From positions 37,386,001 to 37,450,000 of the forward strand of contig OZ024752.1 of the NCBI GenBank assembly GCA_964016885.1: 64,000 bases of DNA. The letters are read 5' to 3'. The translations under genes and the position numbers were made by a program. The stretch's first letter is position 1; each line of letters begins with the position of its first letter. The notes under the pieces were generated by a model that had not been told where the DNA came from, searched no databases, and saw only the letters and a list, made by a program, of their open reading frames with translations. Of the stretch, positions 52,197-64,000 are shown in pieces. Origin of the DNA: Eledone cirrhosa. Its lineage: Eukaryota.

Positions 52197-52198
<2 letters not shown>
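51778..52198. mobile_element. Fold-back element family 1
   Basis: Homologous to 316-991; inverted arms 51870-52198. The right-arm hammerhead has lost stem III by a short deletion. Confidence 0.7.
51908..51972 (-). ncRNA. Type I minimal hammerhead motif, family 1
   Basis: Minus strand tattttgt-CTGATGA-aagcacacc...ggtgtcctt-GAAA-tatgta-TA-ataaaata. Confidence 0.65.
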
Positions 52199-52238
<40 letters not shown>

Positions 52239-52418
52239 AACAAGTCATACTTGTTCCTATTACCCACTCTACTACCCTAAGTATTGAGTACTTTGGTGCG
52301 TTATGGTCCATCTGGTTCCTTACCACATTTCCTTCGTTATATATATATATATAATATATAATATACTCCACTCCCCCACCTGTTTTTGCTTTCTTCTTAT
52401 TCTCATTCCATTTTTAAG

Positions 52419-52471
<53 letters not shown>

Positions 52472-52573
52472 AAGATTTACATATACACAAACTAGACAAA
52501 GTCATAGATATGTTTTTGGCAACCATTCACGATGTGGCTCAATGATGAATTAATAAATTAAATAATCAGAGCA

Positions 52574-53390
52574 ATATACTATAAATTATGTCCATAGAAT
52601 CATTTGATAAGATATATACTCCATTTCCTCTCCCAATTAGCTTAATCAACCACACAAAAAACCAATTAAGCCAGGCTATAAGTTTAAAATGTACTTATGA
52701 AGAAATAATAGATAAATAAACGACAGCCATCTATTCGCGATCAACAGCCATAGAATATTTACCCATCATTTCAATAGCACGTGGAAATCGATTAAATATA
52801 TCATCAACCATACACAATTAGGTATGAAATTAAGGTATAAAATTAGGTATAAAATTAGGTATAAAATTAAGGTATAAAATTAAGGTATAAAATTAAGGTA
52901 TAAAATTAGTTATAAAATTAGGTATAAAATTAGGTATAAAATTAAGGTATAAAATTAAGGTATAAAATTAGGTATAAAATTAAGGTATAAAATTAGGTAT
53001 AAAATTAGGTATAAAATTAAGGTATAAAATTAGTTATAAAATTAAGGTATAAAATTAAGGTATAAAATTAAGGTATAAAATTAGGTATAAAATTAAGGTA
53101 TAAAATTAAGGTATAAAATTAGGTATAAAATTAAAGTTAGAAGAAAAAATGCATATACACATACCAGGATTACGTTTCACGTGCTATTGAAATGCTGGGT
53201 AAATATTCTATGGCGGTTGATCGCGAATAGATGACTGTCGTTTATTTATCTATTATTTCTTCATAGGTGCCTTTTAGTCTTATAGCCTGGTTTAATTGGT
53301 ATTTTGTGTGGTTGATTAAGCTAATTGGGAGAGGAAATGGAGTATATATATCTTATCAAATGATTCTATGGACATAATTTATAGTATATA
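52574..53390. mobile_element. Fold-back/MITE-like element: about 210-bp inverted arms around a 12/13-bp minisatellite
   Basis: 52574-52785 is the reverse complement of 53174-53390; the centre holds (aaaatta[a]ggtat)n at 52817-53135. Confidence 0.7.
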
Positions 53391-53404
53391 TATAATATGT
53401 AGAT

Positions 53405-53589
53405 TCTTGAGTTGTGTTGGAGGTAACCGCAGTTAAGAAAGGTACTCAATACATTGGTAGAGTATAAGCAATTTTTACTTTATATAGAAATGACTTTTAC
53501 ATGACTAGAACTGTTTCATTTGTATGAAATCCCTGATGATTTCATACGAATGAAACAGTTCTAGTCCTGTAGAAGTCATTTCTATATAA
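53405..53589 (-). mobile_element. Fold-back element family 2, opposite orientation
   Basis: Inverted arms 53479-53589, tail reverse-complemented on the left. Confidence 0.65.
53533..53580 (+). ncRNA. Hammerhead core, family 2, with the 5' strand of stem I lost at the inversion junction
   Basis: CTGATGA-tttc(atac)gaat-GAAA-cag(ttctagtc)ctg-TA-gaagtc. Confidence 0.5.
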
Positions 53590-54218
53590 AACATATTTTT
53601 TTCTTCCAGAAATGTAGAGTTAATTTAATAAATCAATTCTATTCAGTATTTTTCCTTAAAGGGGAATCGTTTGTTAGAAGTTTGTAAAATGATCATCTTC
53701 TTTGTTTTTGTTGTTGTTTTTCCCCATCCTCAGATCAATTCTGATCAAAGATATTTCCTCTAAGTCAATCTATCATCAAAGGCATTTCAGCTATGAAACA
53801 TCCATTCTTTTTTAGTTTGTCTGTCTATCATCTTAAACATCATCATCATCATCATCACCATTATTGTTTAACATCTGTTTTATGATGATGATGATGATAG
53901 ACAGACACAAAAAGAATGGATGTTTTGTAGCTGAAATGCCTTTGATCATGGGTTGTTAGAAATAGCAGGTTATTTTTCTCACAAATAATATCATTAAAAA
54001 TGTGGTTTAGTTTCTGCACTGAGACTTGGTCAATCATGTCTATCGTGTGGTTTTTGTGTCCTCTTGTTTTAGTATGCTTTATTTTAACCCTTTAGCATGT
54101 TAACCGGCTGTTTCTTATATATATATATATATATATAAATTAGGATTGGTGCTCTGAAATAGCGATGCATACATGAATGTATGTATAGTATATTTGGTAA
54201 TATACTGTATGTTTAATT

Positions 54219-55555
54219 GAAATCCTTTGCAAAGTCAAGGTAAACAACATCCACCCATGAGCCGCCATCAGTCATCACCAGGATCACTGATGGCAGCTCA
54301 TGGGTGGATGTTGTTTACCTTGACTTTGCGAAGGCTTTCAATTCTGTGCCACACAAAAGGCTTATGGCAAAACTTTCTGCAATGGGTATGAAGGATGATC
54401 TTTTTAACTGGTTGAAGTCCTTCATTCTCAGTCGAAGAGAGGTAGTCGCGGTTCTGGGACAGCATTCCTCACCATATGAGATGTCATCTGGTGTACCACA
54501 GGGATCTGTTCTTGGCCCCCTTTTGTTTGTGGCATATATTAATGACATAGATGCCAACTTAAAGAATGCCACAGTACTGAAGTACGCAGATGACATCAAG
54601 CTGTACCTTGAGATAAAAAGGACAGATCCTGAACACTATAGATCTTGCTTGCAGTCTGGCCTGGACACAATGCAACAATGGATCTCAGACTTGCAACTCA
54701 AGCTAGCTGTGGACAAGTGCACCACCATGCATTTTGGGAGTAAAAACCCAGCGTCTACACACTCCCTCCACAGCACTAATATCAAGAAGTCTTCTTGTGA
54801 ACGTGACCTGGGCATTACGGTCAGCAGCGATTTGCGTTGGATGAAGCACGCCTCTAAAATTGTCAAGAGGGCCCAGGGTGTCTTAGCATCACTCAGCAAA
54901 ACCTTTGTCAGCCGCTCTCCAGCTATCTATTTAAAGCTGTACATGGCTATGGTGTGGCCACACTTAGAATTTGCGTCACCAGTCAGGAACCCCTATCTTG
55001 CTCAGAACATTGACCGCCTGGAAACTGTTCAGAGACGTACAACCAAGCGAATACCCTCCATCAGGCATCTACCATACTCTGAACGCCTTGCTTCCCTGGG
55101 CATGGATACATTGAAATTCGACGCCTGGCTACTGACTTGGTAAACACCCCAAAAATTATTAACCATCTTGCCAACAACAACCCTGAATACCTTTTTGATT
55201 TCCATGTCTAACACACGTGGGTATGCCCACAAAGTCAGAAAACAGCACAGTTCCCATGACTATCTGAAACATTTTTTCATGCTCAGAGTTGCTGAAGCAT
55301 GGAACAAACTACCTGCATCAGTCGTTAGCTGTCGAGACACTGCATTCTTTAAAACCTCCATGCTTCCCGAGATTCGCCAACACTACACCTAATGTTCCCC
55401 CTCCATACACATAAACACATGTATATCATGACTCATACACTATTCACTTCCCTGACATTTGTATATTATTCTATGTACTATACATGCACCTTTGACGAGT
55501 TGTAGTGCACCTGAGCACTTTACACAATAATTTCATTATTATTATTATTATTATT
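54219..55555 (+). mobile_element. 5'-truncated CR1-clade LINE (reverse transcriptase, frameshift near 55118, (ATT)n tail) with inverted 5' end
   Basis: VYLDFAKAF, GVPQGSVLGPLLF, YADD, LEFASPV, TRG.AHK, RVAEAWNKLP. Confidence 0.95.
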
Positions 55556-55754
55556 AAAAACATTTTGAAGACCTTGCGCTATTATTTTAAAGTAGTGACT
55601 ATGTCACTTACTTCTTTTTTCAGCAAAGGAAGGGAGAGAAGGGAGAAAAAAGAAGTAAGTGACATAATCACTACTTTAAAATAATAGCACAAGGTCTTCA
55701 AAATGTTTTTAATTAAACATACAGTATATTACCAAATATACTATACATACATTC

Positions 55755-55790
<36 letters not shown>

Positions 55791-55912
55791 GTAGAAGTTA
55801 TATTTAATTTGTTGGAATTCCGACAAACAACTGATATAGAGCACTCAACAGATTACTGGGGTAAATATTCCAAGATATTAATAAATGGAAACTATATTTA
55901 TAAAACCATATT

Positions 55913-55977
55913 TATTTTATTATATATATTTCAAGGACGACAAAACCAATCTTGGTGCGCTTTCATCAGATAAAATA
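55913..55977 (-). ncRNA. Type I minimal hammerhead motif, family 1 variant
   Basis: Minus strand tattttat-CTGATGA-aagcgcacc...-GAAA-tatata-TA-ataaaata. Confidence 0.6.
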
Positions 55978-56076
55978 CAAAATTTGTTTTATAAATAACG
56001 ACATACCCATGGAGCGAATTTCCGACCATTAAGGTTGATTTTCATGGGTATGTTGTTATTAATAAAACAAATTTTG

Positions 56077-56141
56077 TATTTTATCTGATGAAAGTGCACC
56101 AAGATTGGCTTGTATGCCCTTGAAATATATATAATAAAATA
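56077..56141 (+). ncRNA. Type I minimal hammerhead motif, family 1 variant
   Basis: tattttat-CTGATGA-aagtgca...tgccctt-GAAA-tatata-TA-ataaaata. Confidence 0.6.
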
Positions 56142-56186
56142 AATATGGTTTTATAAATATAGTTTCCATTTATTAATATCTTGGTA

Positions 56187-56257
<71 letters not shown>

Positions 56258-58859
56258 CTTTGTGCCAAACATATGGGCTTTCTACCTGATTGTGAAATTG
56301 CTGTTATTACACAAGAACAGTCGGTTATAGAATCAGAAAAGTGCCACATAAAATATTTCGTGATATAGGTTACATTGAGTTTAAGTCCCAGTAGCACCAG
56401 TTTTACCTTTTTATAAATCTCTGGGATTTATAAAATAAATCCCTTTCGTATTTAAACTAGCCGTATCCAGCCAGAGTTCTCTTACCTTTTTCTGTTCAAA
56501 CCGGCCACTCATACTGATGTTAAGGTATTGTTTTCAAAATAAATAATATCAAAATCTCATAGATTCGATATTATGTGAGATAATTATGAGGCAAATCCTT
56601 TATTGTGAAAATACAATTGTATATATAGAGTAATGCAATTTGTGTGAAATATATTGACTAACCTGATGAAAACTTTCATAAGTACAACTTGGTTGATCCA
56701 TTGTAGTTTGTCCAAGACCACATTGGTGCACAAGGGAAATTCTTTGTAATTCCAAGCAACTTGATAATCTAGAAAATTCAAATAATTATCATCATTTTGT
56801 AAAATTTAAGCAATGTTTCAATGTAAAATGAAATTATATAGTCATCATAATCATCATGACCATTTAACGTCTGCTTTCCCTGCTAATAAGAGCTGGATGG
56901 GTCGTTATAAACCAAATCAGTTCTTAATCAGAATTACTCACCTCACAGATGGGCCAAGAGCTCACATCTCACATATATATGTTCCCACACTCTACAGAGT
57001 GAACTGGGTGCATACGTCGTCATGTTTTTTACACAAGTGAATAGTTCTCTCAACCCTTTGTTTGGCAGGTTTTCTATGGCTGGATGCCCTTCCTATCACC
57101 AACCACTTTACAGAGTCTACTGGGTGCATCTATTGAATAGATCACCAACACTACAGAGGTTGTCATGTATTTGACACAATTGTAGAAAACTTTTGACTAT
57201 TTTTTGGCATGGTTTCTATAGTTGGATGCTCCTCCTATCACCAACCACTATACAGGGTGTACTGGGAGTATCTTCCATGGCACTCACAATCAATTAATCT
57301 TTAGCAAACAATTTTGAATATCTGGATTCCATTCTGCCAACAATATACATTTTAAATATGAATATTTTAAAATATATGTTTCATCATATCTAAATTGTGT
57401 ACAATATTAGAGTGTATATGGACCAGTAACTCCCAAGTGAGTCATTGGGCGACATATTGACATATGGTGTTTCCAAAACATTTTTAAACCTGGCAGAGCC
57501 CATTTCCTCTCCAGGTCAGAGTACAACAGATTTCTTCCAGAGAACGATAGTGAGTGAGGGAATGAAAGTGAGAAAGGGATATAGAGGAAGAATCGACCCT
57601 AGTACTAGTCTGGTACTTTTTTAATCGACTTCAATTGGGTGAAAATCAAAGTTGACTTCAGCAGGATATGAACTCAGGGAGCAGAGAGCTAATCCAACGT
57701 TCTAACGACTCTGCCAATTTGCTGCCTTGAAATGTAATTAAAACAAAACAATAAATTGCATTTTCACCTTATATTCTAATATTTCAGGATTAAAACCTAT
57801 TATAAGAGAAATCAGAAAATAGCAACAAACTGGTACCTTTCTCAAAAAATGTCAGCTTGTTATAGGAGTTTTAACCCTCAAAATATTGAAATATAAAGTA
57901 AAAGTGTAAACTGTTATTTTGTTTTACTTTGCTACTGTTTTTGTTCCTTTATTCCCAACTTGCATTGTACTGGCTTTCTAAAACAATTTTAACAATTTCA
58001 ACTCATATGTATTGTGTTATTTTTGTTTAAACAATGCTACTAAATAACCAAGATTTTTTTTAATGAATTGTTTTAGATTGTTTTAAACTACAATTAACCT
58101 TTTATATAAATCCAGTTAACATTTCAAGCATTTCAAAACTTCGAAACATTCACATAATTTTGGTAGCAACATAAATAACATAACTTACCATTTTATATCA
58201 AATGGGAATATCCAAGCCATCTGCCTTCATTAATGTTGTGAGTTTGATTCCTGGACAGGTGTAGAAATGATTTGTAATGCCTGTCCCTCGTACCAAGTTG
58301 TACCAACCATTGCCGTTCCCTTGGACATCGGTGACATGGAGAGTGGAGGCTAGTATGCATGAATGACTGCTAGTCTTCCACAAAAATACATTGCCCCGAC
58401 TTTGTGCCTCGGAAGGGAACTTTCTAGTTGCAAAGCCCAGCGTCATTGATGACTGAAGGGGGTTGCTACCTCTAACTCTCAGATACGCCATAGCATCTAT
58501 TCTAGAGATATTTATACCCTGGGTTTTAATCTCAGTGAGGGTAACTTTGCTTTCGTCACCCTAGGGTTGTTAAAAATTCGTTTCCCTTTGATTACTATTT
58601 TATTAGCTGTTTATTTATTTATATATTCATAATTCTTAAAGAATGAAAATATACACATAAATAATATATCTCTTTTACTTAATTACATAAATATTTCAAA
58701 TAAAAATATAAAATGAAAACGAAAGAAAATATTAATTGAACACTGTTTCAATCGGTCACACACCACATGAGGTGCTGTAACCGTCTTCTAATACTTTCTG
58801 AGGCAAATTATATATAGATCCCGTTAAGGGTGAAAGCAGCGATTCTTTGCTTCAACTTT

Positions 58860-59035
58860 AGAAGGAAGACGCAGTAGAGGTAGACCACGTAAAACATGGG
58901 CGGACCTCAGATCGCTGAAACTCACCGAGGAGATGACGAAAGACCGTGACGAGTGGAGAGATGCTGTGCTGAATAGGACCCGTCCAACCCTTGCAAGCAG
59001 GGAAAAGCGGACGTAAAATGATGATGATGATGATA
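58860..59035 (+). mobile_element. RTE LINE 3' fragment
   Basis: EGRRSRGRPRKTW... and the same 3' end as 21636-22327. Confidence 0.85.
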
Positions 59036-59777
59036 TATATATATATTGTTTATTGAATTTGGAGGGTGGGTATGGTTTGGAGTCATAAGTACAGGCTGGC
59101 GTTCGCTTTATGGTCTTTACTGATTGTTTATGTCTGATTGGAGCAATAACGGTCTTATTTGTGTGTATGTACCAGTAATATGCTGAGTAAATTCGACTGA
59201 CTTTACCCCTACACGTGTTAACTTTCTTTACATGTGCTACCGGCAGAAATTGTATTTCATTCCGATATACTGGATGATTATAAACTGTGGCGTGTCCCTG
59301 TGCAAGGTACATAACTCTGCTTGCTCTATTTAATTTAACAAACCAGACTTGTCTCTGCTGCCAGGCCATGTTGTCAAAGTATCTACCGCTCTGTGATATG
59401 TTTGTGATCCAAACAGTGGAGACTTTCCATGTTCTGTCCCCCACCCCCGGACCACATCCCTACTCAGTGCTTTCGAGTCGGAGTTGGCTAACCACGAGCT
59501 AGAGTGTCTGTCCTCTGGGACAATGTCTTCTCCATCCTGTCCGCTAGGACTATGGGGCGGTGATTTATATTAATAAATTAATGGCAAATTTTGCAACAAT
59601 CCTATTATGTTCCAAACAATAACTTTGGTTTGTCTGCCACTTCACAATTAGATGGGTTACTTTGAAAGAGGAGTTTTGTAAAGACAATACACCCACTGCT
59701 TACAAACATAGGCGAAAATGGATGCAGTAAATTCATTTAGAAGTAAAAGAGTTATATCCAATGCAATGTTGCATTTT

Positions 59778-60141
59778 AATAATAAAAATAATAATAATGA
59801 AATTATTGTTTAAAGTGCTCAGGTGCACTACAACTCGTCAAAGGTGCATGTATACTACATAGAATAATATACAAATGTCAGGGAAGTGAATAGTGTATGA
59901 GTCATGATTATACATATGTGCATGTGTATGGAGGGAGAATATTAGGTGTAGTGTTGGCGAATCTCAGGAAGCATGGAGGTTTTAAAGGATGCAGTGTCTC
60001 GACAGCTAATTACTGATGCAGGTAGTTTGTTCCATGCTTCAGCAACTCTGAGCGTGGAAAAATGTTCCCGAAAGTCATGGGAACTGTACTGTTTTCTGTC
60101 TTTGTGGGCATACCCACGTGTGTTAGACACGTGGAAATCAA
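59778..60141 (-). mobile_element. CR1 LINE 3' fragment
   Basis: Reverse complement of the same 3' end. Confidence 0.9.
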
Positions 60142-60627
60142 ATTTTCTAACTGGTCATTCAGCCTTCTATGTTTAGCAATCAAATCTTATCCTGCACTCT
60201 TCTAAATAAACGAATATATTAAGTTTCGGTTGAAATTTTCATAGGCTGACTAAGATACTCTCATGGAATGGCCAAATGAGGTTTGTTTTTCAACAGTCCC
60301 TAGAGAAAAACTCTGCAGTTATTAATAAAAGGAGTTGAAATTAATTGTTTCTACTTTTGGCACAAGGCCAGCAATAACCCAGTGCATTACTGGTACTTTA
60401 TTTTATCGACCCCGTAAGGATGAAAGGCAAAGTTAATCTCGGCGGGATTTGAACTCAGTTGAAATTAATACACGTAAGATTTCACAGCTCTAACATCACT
60501 CCTTCAGTGTAGCCTATGAACTTTTCAGTCCATCCTCGTATAGTATATTGGATAAAGTAACCCTGCACGTATTATTCCAGAAGAAAATATAAAAGAGGTG
60601 GTCATAGCTGGAATGGTAGTCAAATAA

Positions 60628-60809
60628 TTGTTTCTACTTTTAGCACAAGGCCAGCAATTATCCAGTACATTACTGGTATTTTATTTTATCGACCCCGTAA
60701 GGATGAAAGGCAAAGTTGACCTCGGCGGGAATTGAACTCAGAATGGAAAGGGTCGTAATTCTATGCCTCAAAGCATGACGTCCGACCCTCTACCGATACT
60801 GCCAATCCA
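60628..60809 (-). mobile_element. SINE A
   Basis: Family match. Confidence 0.85.
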
Positions 60810-61170
60810 CAATGTCAGTTCGACTCACAGAAACATACCTTTATGGATGAATCTAATAGTCATGTTGGTAGACATTAAATATTATCATCATCATACGTTT
60901 ATTTTCCATGCAGGCCTGACTGGAATTGTCATAATGATATGGATAAATTTGTGGCCGTCAAGTTATTATAAAATAACTTATTTTTTTGTATAAAAGAAAG
61001 AATGAAAAAAAAGGATTTAGTTTGAGAATTTATACTGTGTGCTTTCGTTTTCAATTTATATTTTAATGTGGAATATTTAGGTTTTTAATTATTGTATATA
61101 TATATTACATTTGTGTATATATTTTCATTCTGTGTGAATTATAAACAATTGTGAATAAATATATGTTACA

Positions 61171-61277
61171 GTTGTGAATGAATCAGATGAAGGCTGTACC
61201 ACGGTCGGTGTATCTAAGCGGTATTTTATTAACGGGGATATTTTCCAGTTGTCACCGTTTCGATAGCCAACATGGCG
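61171..61277 (+). promoter_or_regulatory. Probable 5'UTR/promoter-proximal region of ASPSCR1, with a Kozak and YY1-like motif (CAACATGGCG) over the start codon
   Basis: Unique non-repetitive sequence with several CpGs just upstream of the ATG. A possible acceptor (ttacag|) at 61170 means an upstream non-coding exon cannot be excluded. Confidence 0.4.
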
Positions 61278-61352
61278 TTTAATGTTCAAATACTCTGTCC
61301 AAATGGGAGAAGACAAAACATTAAGTCGAGCTTCAACGCTACTTTGCTTCAG
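61272..61352 (+). CDS. ASPSCR1: First coding exon of tether containing UBX domain for GLUT4 (TUG/ASPL); the rest of the gene is not recognised in the window
   Basis: gccaacATGG start context. Translates to MAFNVQILCPNGRRQNIKSSFNATLLQ, then CAG|GT. Matches from memory the human ASPSCR1 N-terminus (VSVLAPNGRRHTVKVTPSTVLLQ). 81 nt, phase-0 donor; read-through hits a stop about 12 codons later. Confidence 0.85.
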
Positions 61353-62790
61353 GTTCTGTCATATATTATATTACTATTTTGCATCTAATTATTTCTGTTC
61401 ATATTTACTTTATGGGGGATATAGGTGTAAAATGGACGAGTTATTGTAATTCCTTTGTCAATTAGCGGTGTAAAAAAAACCCTTCGTTACTTAAAGTTTT
61501 TGTTTATGTACAAACCTTCAACATCTTTTCATATACGATAAAGAAGTATATTTCAAGGGATACAAGGACTGTTTCTATTATGAACTTCATGTTTTGCCCA
61601 TTCTTTTTGTCCTTATTACTTGAGGCTTTGGTGCTTTTAGCCAAGTCATTCTGACCAATCATCTATGCGAGGTCTCTGGTTTACAAAAACAAACTTAAAA
61701 GGTGTTAACTTACCTATCTTCCTGTAAAGAGGAACATACACATAGTTCTTCTCTACTCATTAAGCAATAAAACAACAAAATATCACTAACGGTCCTTGCA
61801 TATCTCTTAATTTATTCTTGTTTTTTGTTTGTTTTCTTTTTTTCGTATATGAAAACGTATACGGACAAAACACCTACTGACAAAAAAACAACAAAAACTA
61901 AGACGAAATTCCTAAACCCCAGTTAGCTAAAAATAAAACTGTAAAAGATAAAACAAAATCTACTTGTCGTGTTCTTCAACATAATATTAATATAATATAA
62001 TGTTAATAACTATAACAGTTTTTTCTTCACTTTTTTTGCTGCGTATAAATCCAAGATTTGGGAATTTTTTTTTATTTCTTAGTTCCACTATTAACGATAT
62101 ATTTATTTATTTAAATGATAAAAATATAAATCACAAAGTAATTCGCGATACACAATTAGTTAGTGCCTTTAAAATATTTAATGAAATGTGTATGACAAAT
62201 AGAAATGAACTATTTAGCTTCCTTTTGTCTTTAAATTTTTGTTGTTGTTTTGTTTATTACTATGTGGATTTTTGTTCGGTAAGATTTGGGATCTTTTCCT
62301 TGGGAGTTTTGTCATGAACCCATGAAAACATGCTGAGGTTCTGGTCATGACAAACAAAAACAAACAAGATAAACATATATTTTAGGAAATATATCTTAAC
62401 TTACGAGGGTCGAGTGAAATGTTAATAGGCTGACCAAGATACTCTCGTAGAATGACCAAATGAGGTTTATTTTTTCTCATAGTCCCTAGAAAGAAACTAT
62501 GCAGTTATTATATGAGGGTCGGCTGAAAAGTTCATAGGCTGACCAAGATACTCTCAATGGAATGACCAAATGAGGTTTATTTTTCAACATAGTCACTGAA
62601 AATAAACAATGCAATTATTAATAAGAAGAGTTGAAATTAATGTATGCGAGAGTTCACAGCTCTAGCATTAATCTTTCATATTTAGTCCATCCTCGTATGT
62701 AGTTAAAAATGTAAGATTTTCAGTTAATAATCTCCTATTTAGGTAATAAATAACAAAGATTGGTGTTAATTTAACAAATCTCTATAATAA

Positions 62791-62903
62791 TTGTTTCTAC
62801 TTTAGGCGCAAGGCCAGCAATTAGCCAGTACATTACTGGTACTTTATTTTATCGACCCCGTAAAGATGAAAGGCAAAGTTAACCTCGGCGGGATTTGAAC
62901 TCA
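62791..62903 (-). mobile_element. 5'-truncated SINE A with TSD atctctataataat
   Basis: Family match and flanking duplication. Confidence 0.85.
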
Positions 62904-63048
62904 TCTCTATAATAATAATAATTGTATTCGATCTTTGTCCGCCTGACACACAAACGCTAGGCTCTCACAAGAGGTTCTAAGATTTTTATTTAGAATTCAT
63001 AGCTAATAGTTAGTGTGGTGGGTACAAATAATCTGTCTCCCTCACACA

Positions 63049-63405
63049 TCTATAGTAATAAATGCGATTTTCTGTGTGTGTGACCGAATGGTTTTGGTCA
63101 ATACAGGGTGTCCCAAGTCATTTCAAATTATAATATATATAAAAGTGTCTGGTGACTTTTAGTCTGCCCAGTATAAGTATTGTATTTAATTATTAAAGTA
63201 AATAAACTGCAGTCTCAAATATAACCACTTTTTTAATGACACTCCACCCATTACTGACCCCTATCTTTTTCAACTATAACCATCTCACATTTATTTTTTA
63301 AATGTCCCAACCATGACCATTCAGTAGAATTCTCATTATTCTCATTCAAACAAAATGGCCAAATCCTGTATATTATTTCCTGGGCAATGCTGGGCAGTTA
63401 ACTAG
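63049..63405 (+). mobile_element. Non-autonomous Helitron remnant
   Basis: A|TCtatagtaataaatgcga 5' end; 3' cctgggcaatgctggg hairpin then CTAG|T; no TSD. Confidence 0.6.
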
Positions 63406-63424
63406 TTATTATCAAAAATAAAAA

Positions 63425-63617
63425 CTGGTGTATTGGCAGTATCGGTAGAGAGTCAGATGCCATGCTTTGCAGCATAGAGTTACGGCCCTTTACGATCTGA
63501 GTTCAAATCCCACTGAGCTTAACTTTGCTTTTCATCCGTATGGGGGAGGGGTCGATAAAATAAAGTATCAGTAATGTACTGGGATAATTTCTGGCCTTGT
63601 GCCAAAAGTAGAAACGA
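63425..63617 (+). mobile_element. SINE A
   Basis: Family match. Confidence 0.85.
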
Positions 63618-64000
63618 TTATTAAAAATAAAAAATTATAAAAGAACAAACAATTTCAACTGTGATATCTTAACACTAAAAACAACAACAACAACACAATC
63701 CTTAATTGAAATTGTAGTTGAACTAATAGTTTTAGGAAACAATGGTAATTAAATGTTTAATTTGTGTGTCTTTCAGACATATTGTTCATGTGAATCTATG
63801 TTCTTAGTGTAGAATTTACTGATGGCTGAGTTGAGAGGTCAGGGGCTTCTGTCTTGACACTGACATTGCGCTATGACTAATCAAAAGAGAGCCCCTTAAT
63901 GGTAACCCCTAAGCAAGCAATGAGAGGTGTAATAGTTCACTATTGAAAGCTGTGCTTGCTGCTAACAAATGTTAACTGACAATGTTGTGTTCAAGCCCTC

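Larger units (their letters stand above)
55791..56184. mobile_element. Fold-back element family 1 (diverged subfamily)
   Basis: Inverted arms 55870-56184, same asymmetric leader (gtagaagttatatttaatttgttgg), (TA)n flanks. Confidence 0.7.

Noticed and set aside
52817-53135. Telomere-like repeat (ttagg)
   Set aside because: Unit is a 12/13-bp AT-rich motif, not TTAGGG or TTAGG tandem.
63777-63930. Candidate ASPSCR1 exon 2 after tctttcag
   Set aside because: The phase-0 frame stops early and does not resemble the expected continuation.

Overview
AT-rich, microsatellite-dense eukaryotic DNA. The repeat content suggests an octopus or other coleoid cephalopod (inference only). Almost the whole window is intronic/intergenic repeat: tRNA-derived SINE families, truncated CR1 and RTE LINEs, TTAA-targeting (piggyBac-type) and mariner-type MITEs, a Helitron remnant and many mini/microsatellites. 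Nearly all long ORFs in the track are repeat artefacts. One host coding exon is recognisable and is missing from the ORF track: the first coding exon of ASPSCR1/TUG at 61272-61352 (+). The most notable unannotated signal is a set of about ten type I hammerhead ribozyme motifs in at least two sequence families. Most lie in long fold-back (palindromic) elements embedded in (TA)n tracts, probably Penelope-like pseudo-LTR remnants, often with one motif on each strand. Several nested insertions and TE-to-satellite conversions can be read directly from the sequence. Coordinates were read by eye, so element ends may be a few bases off.
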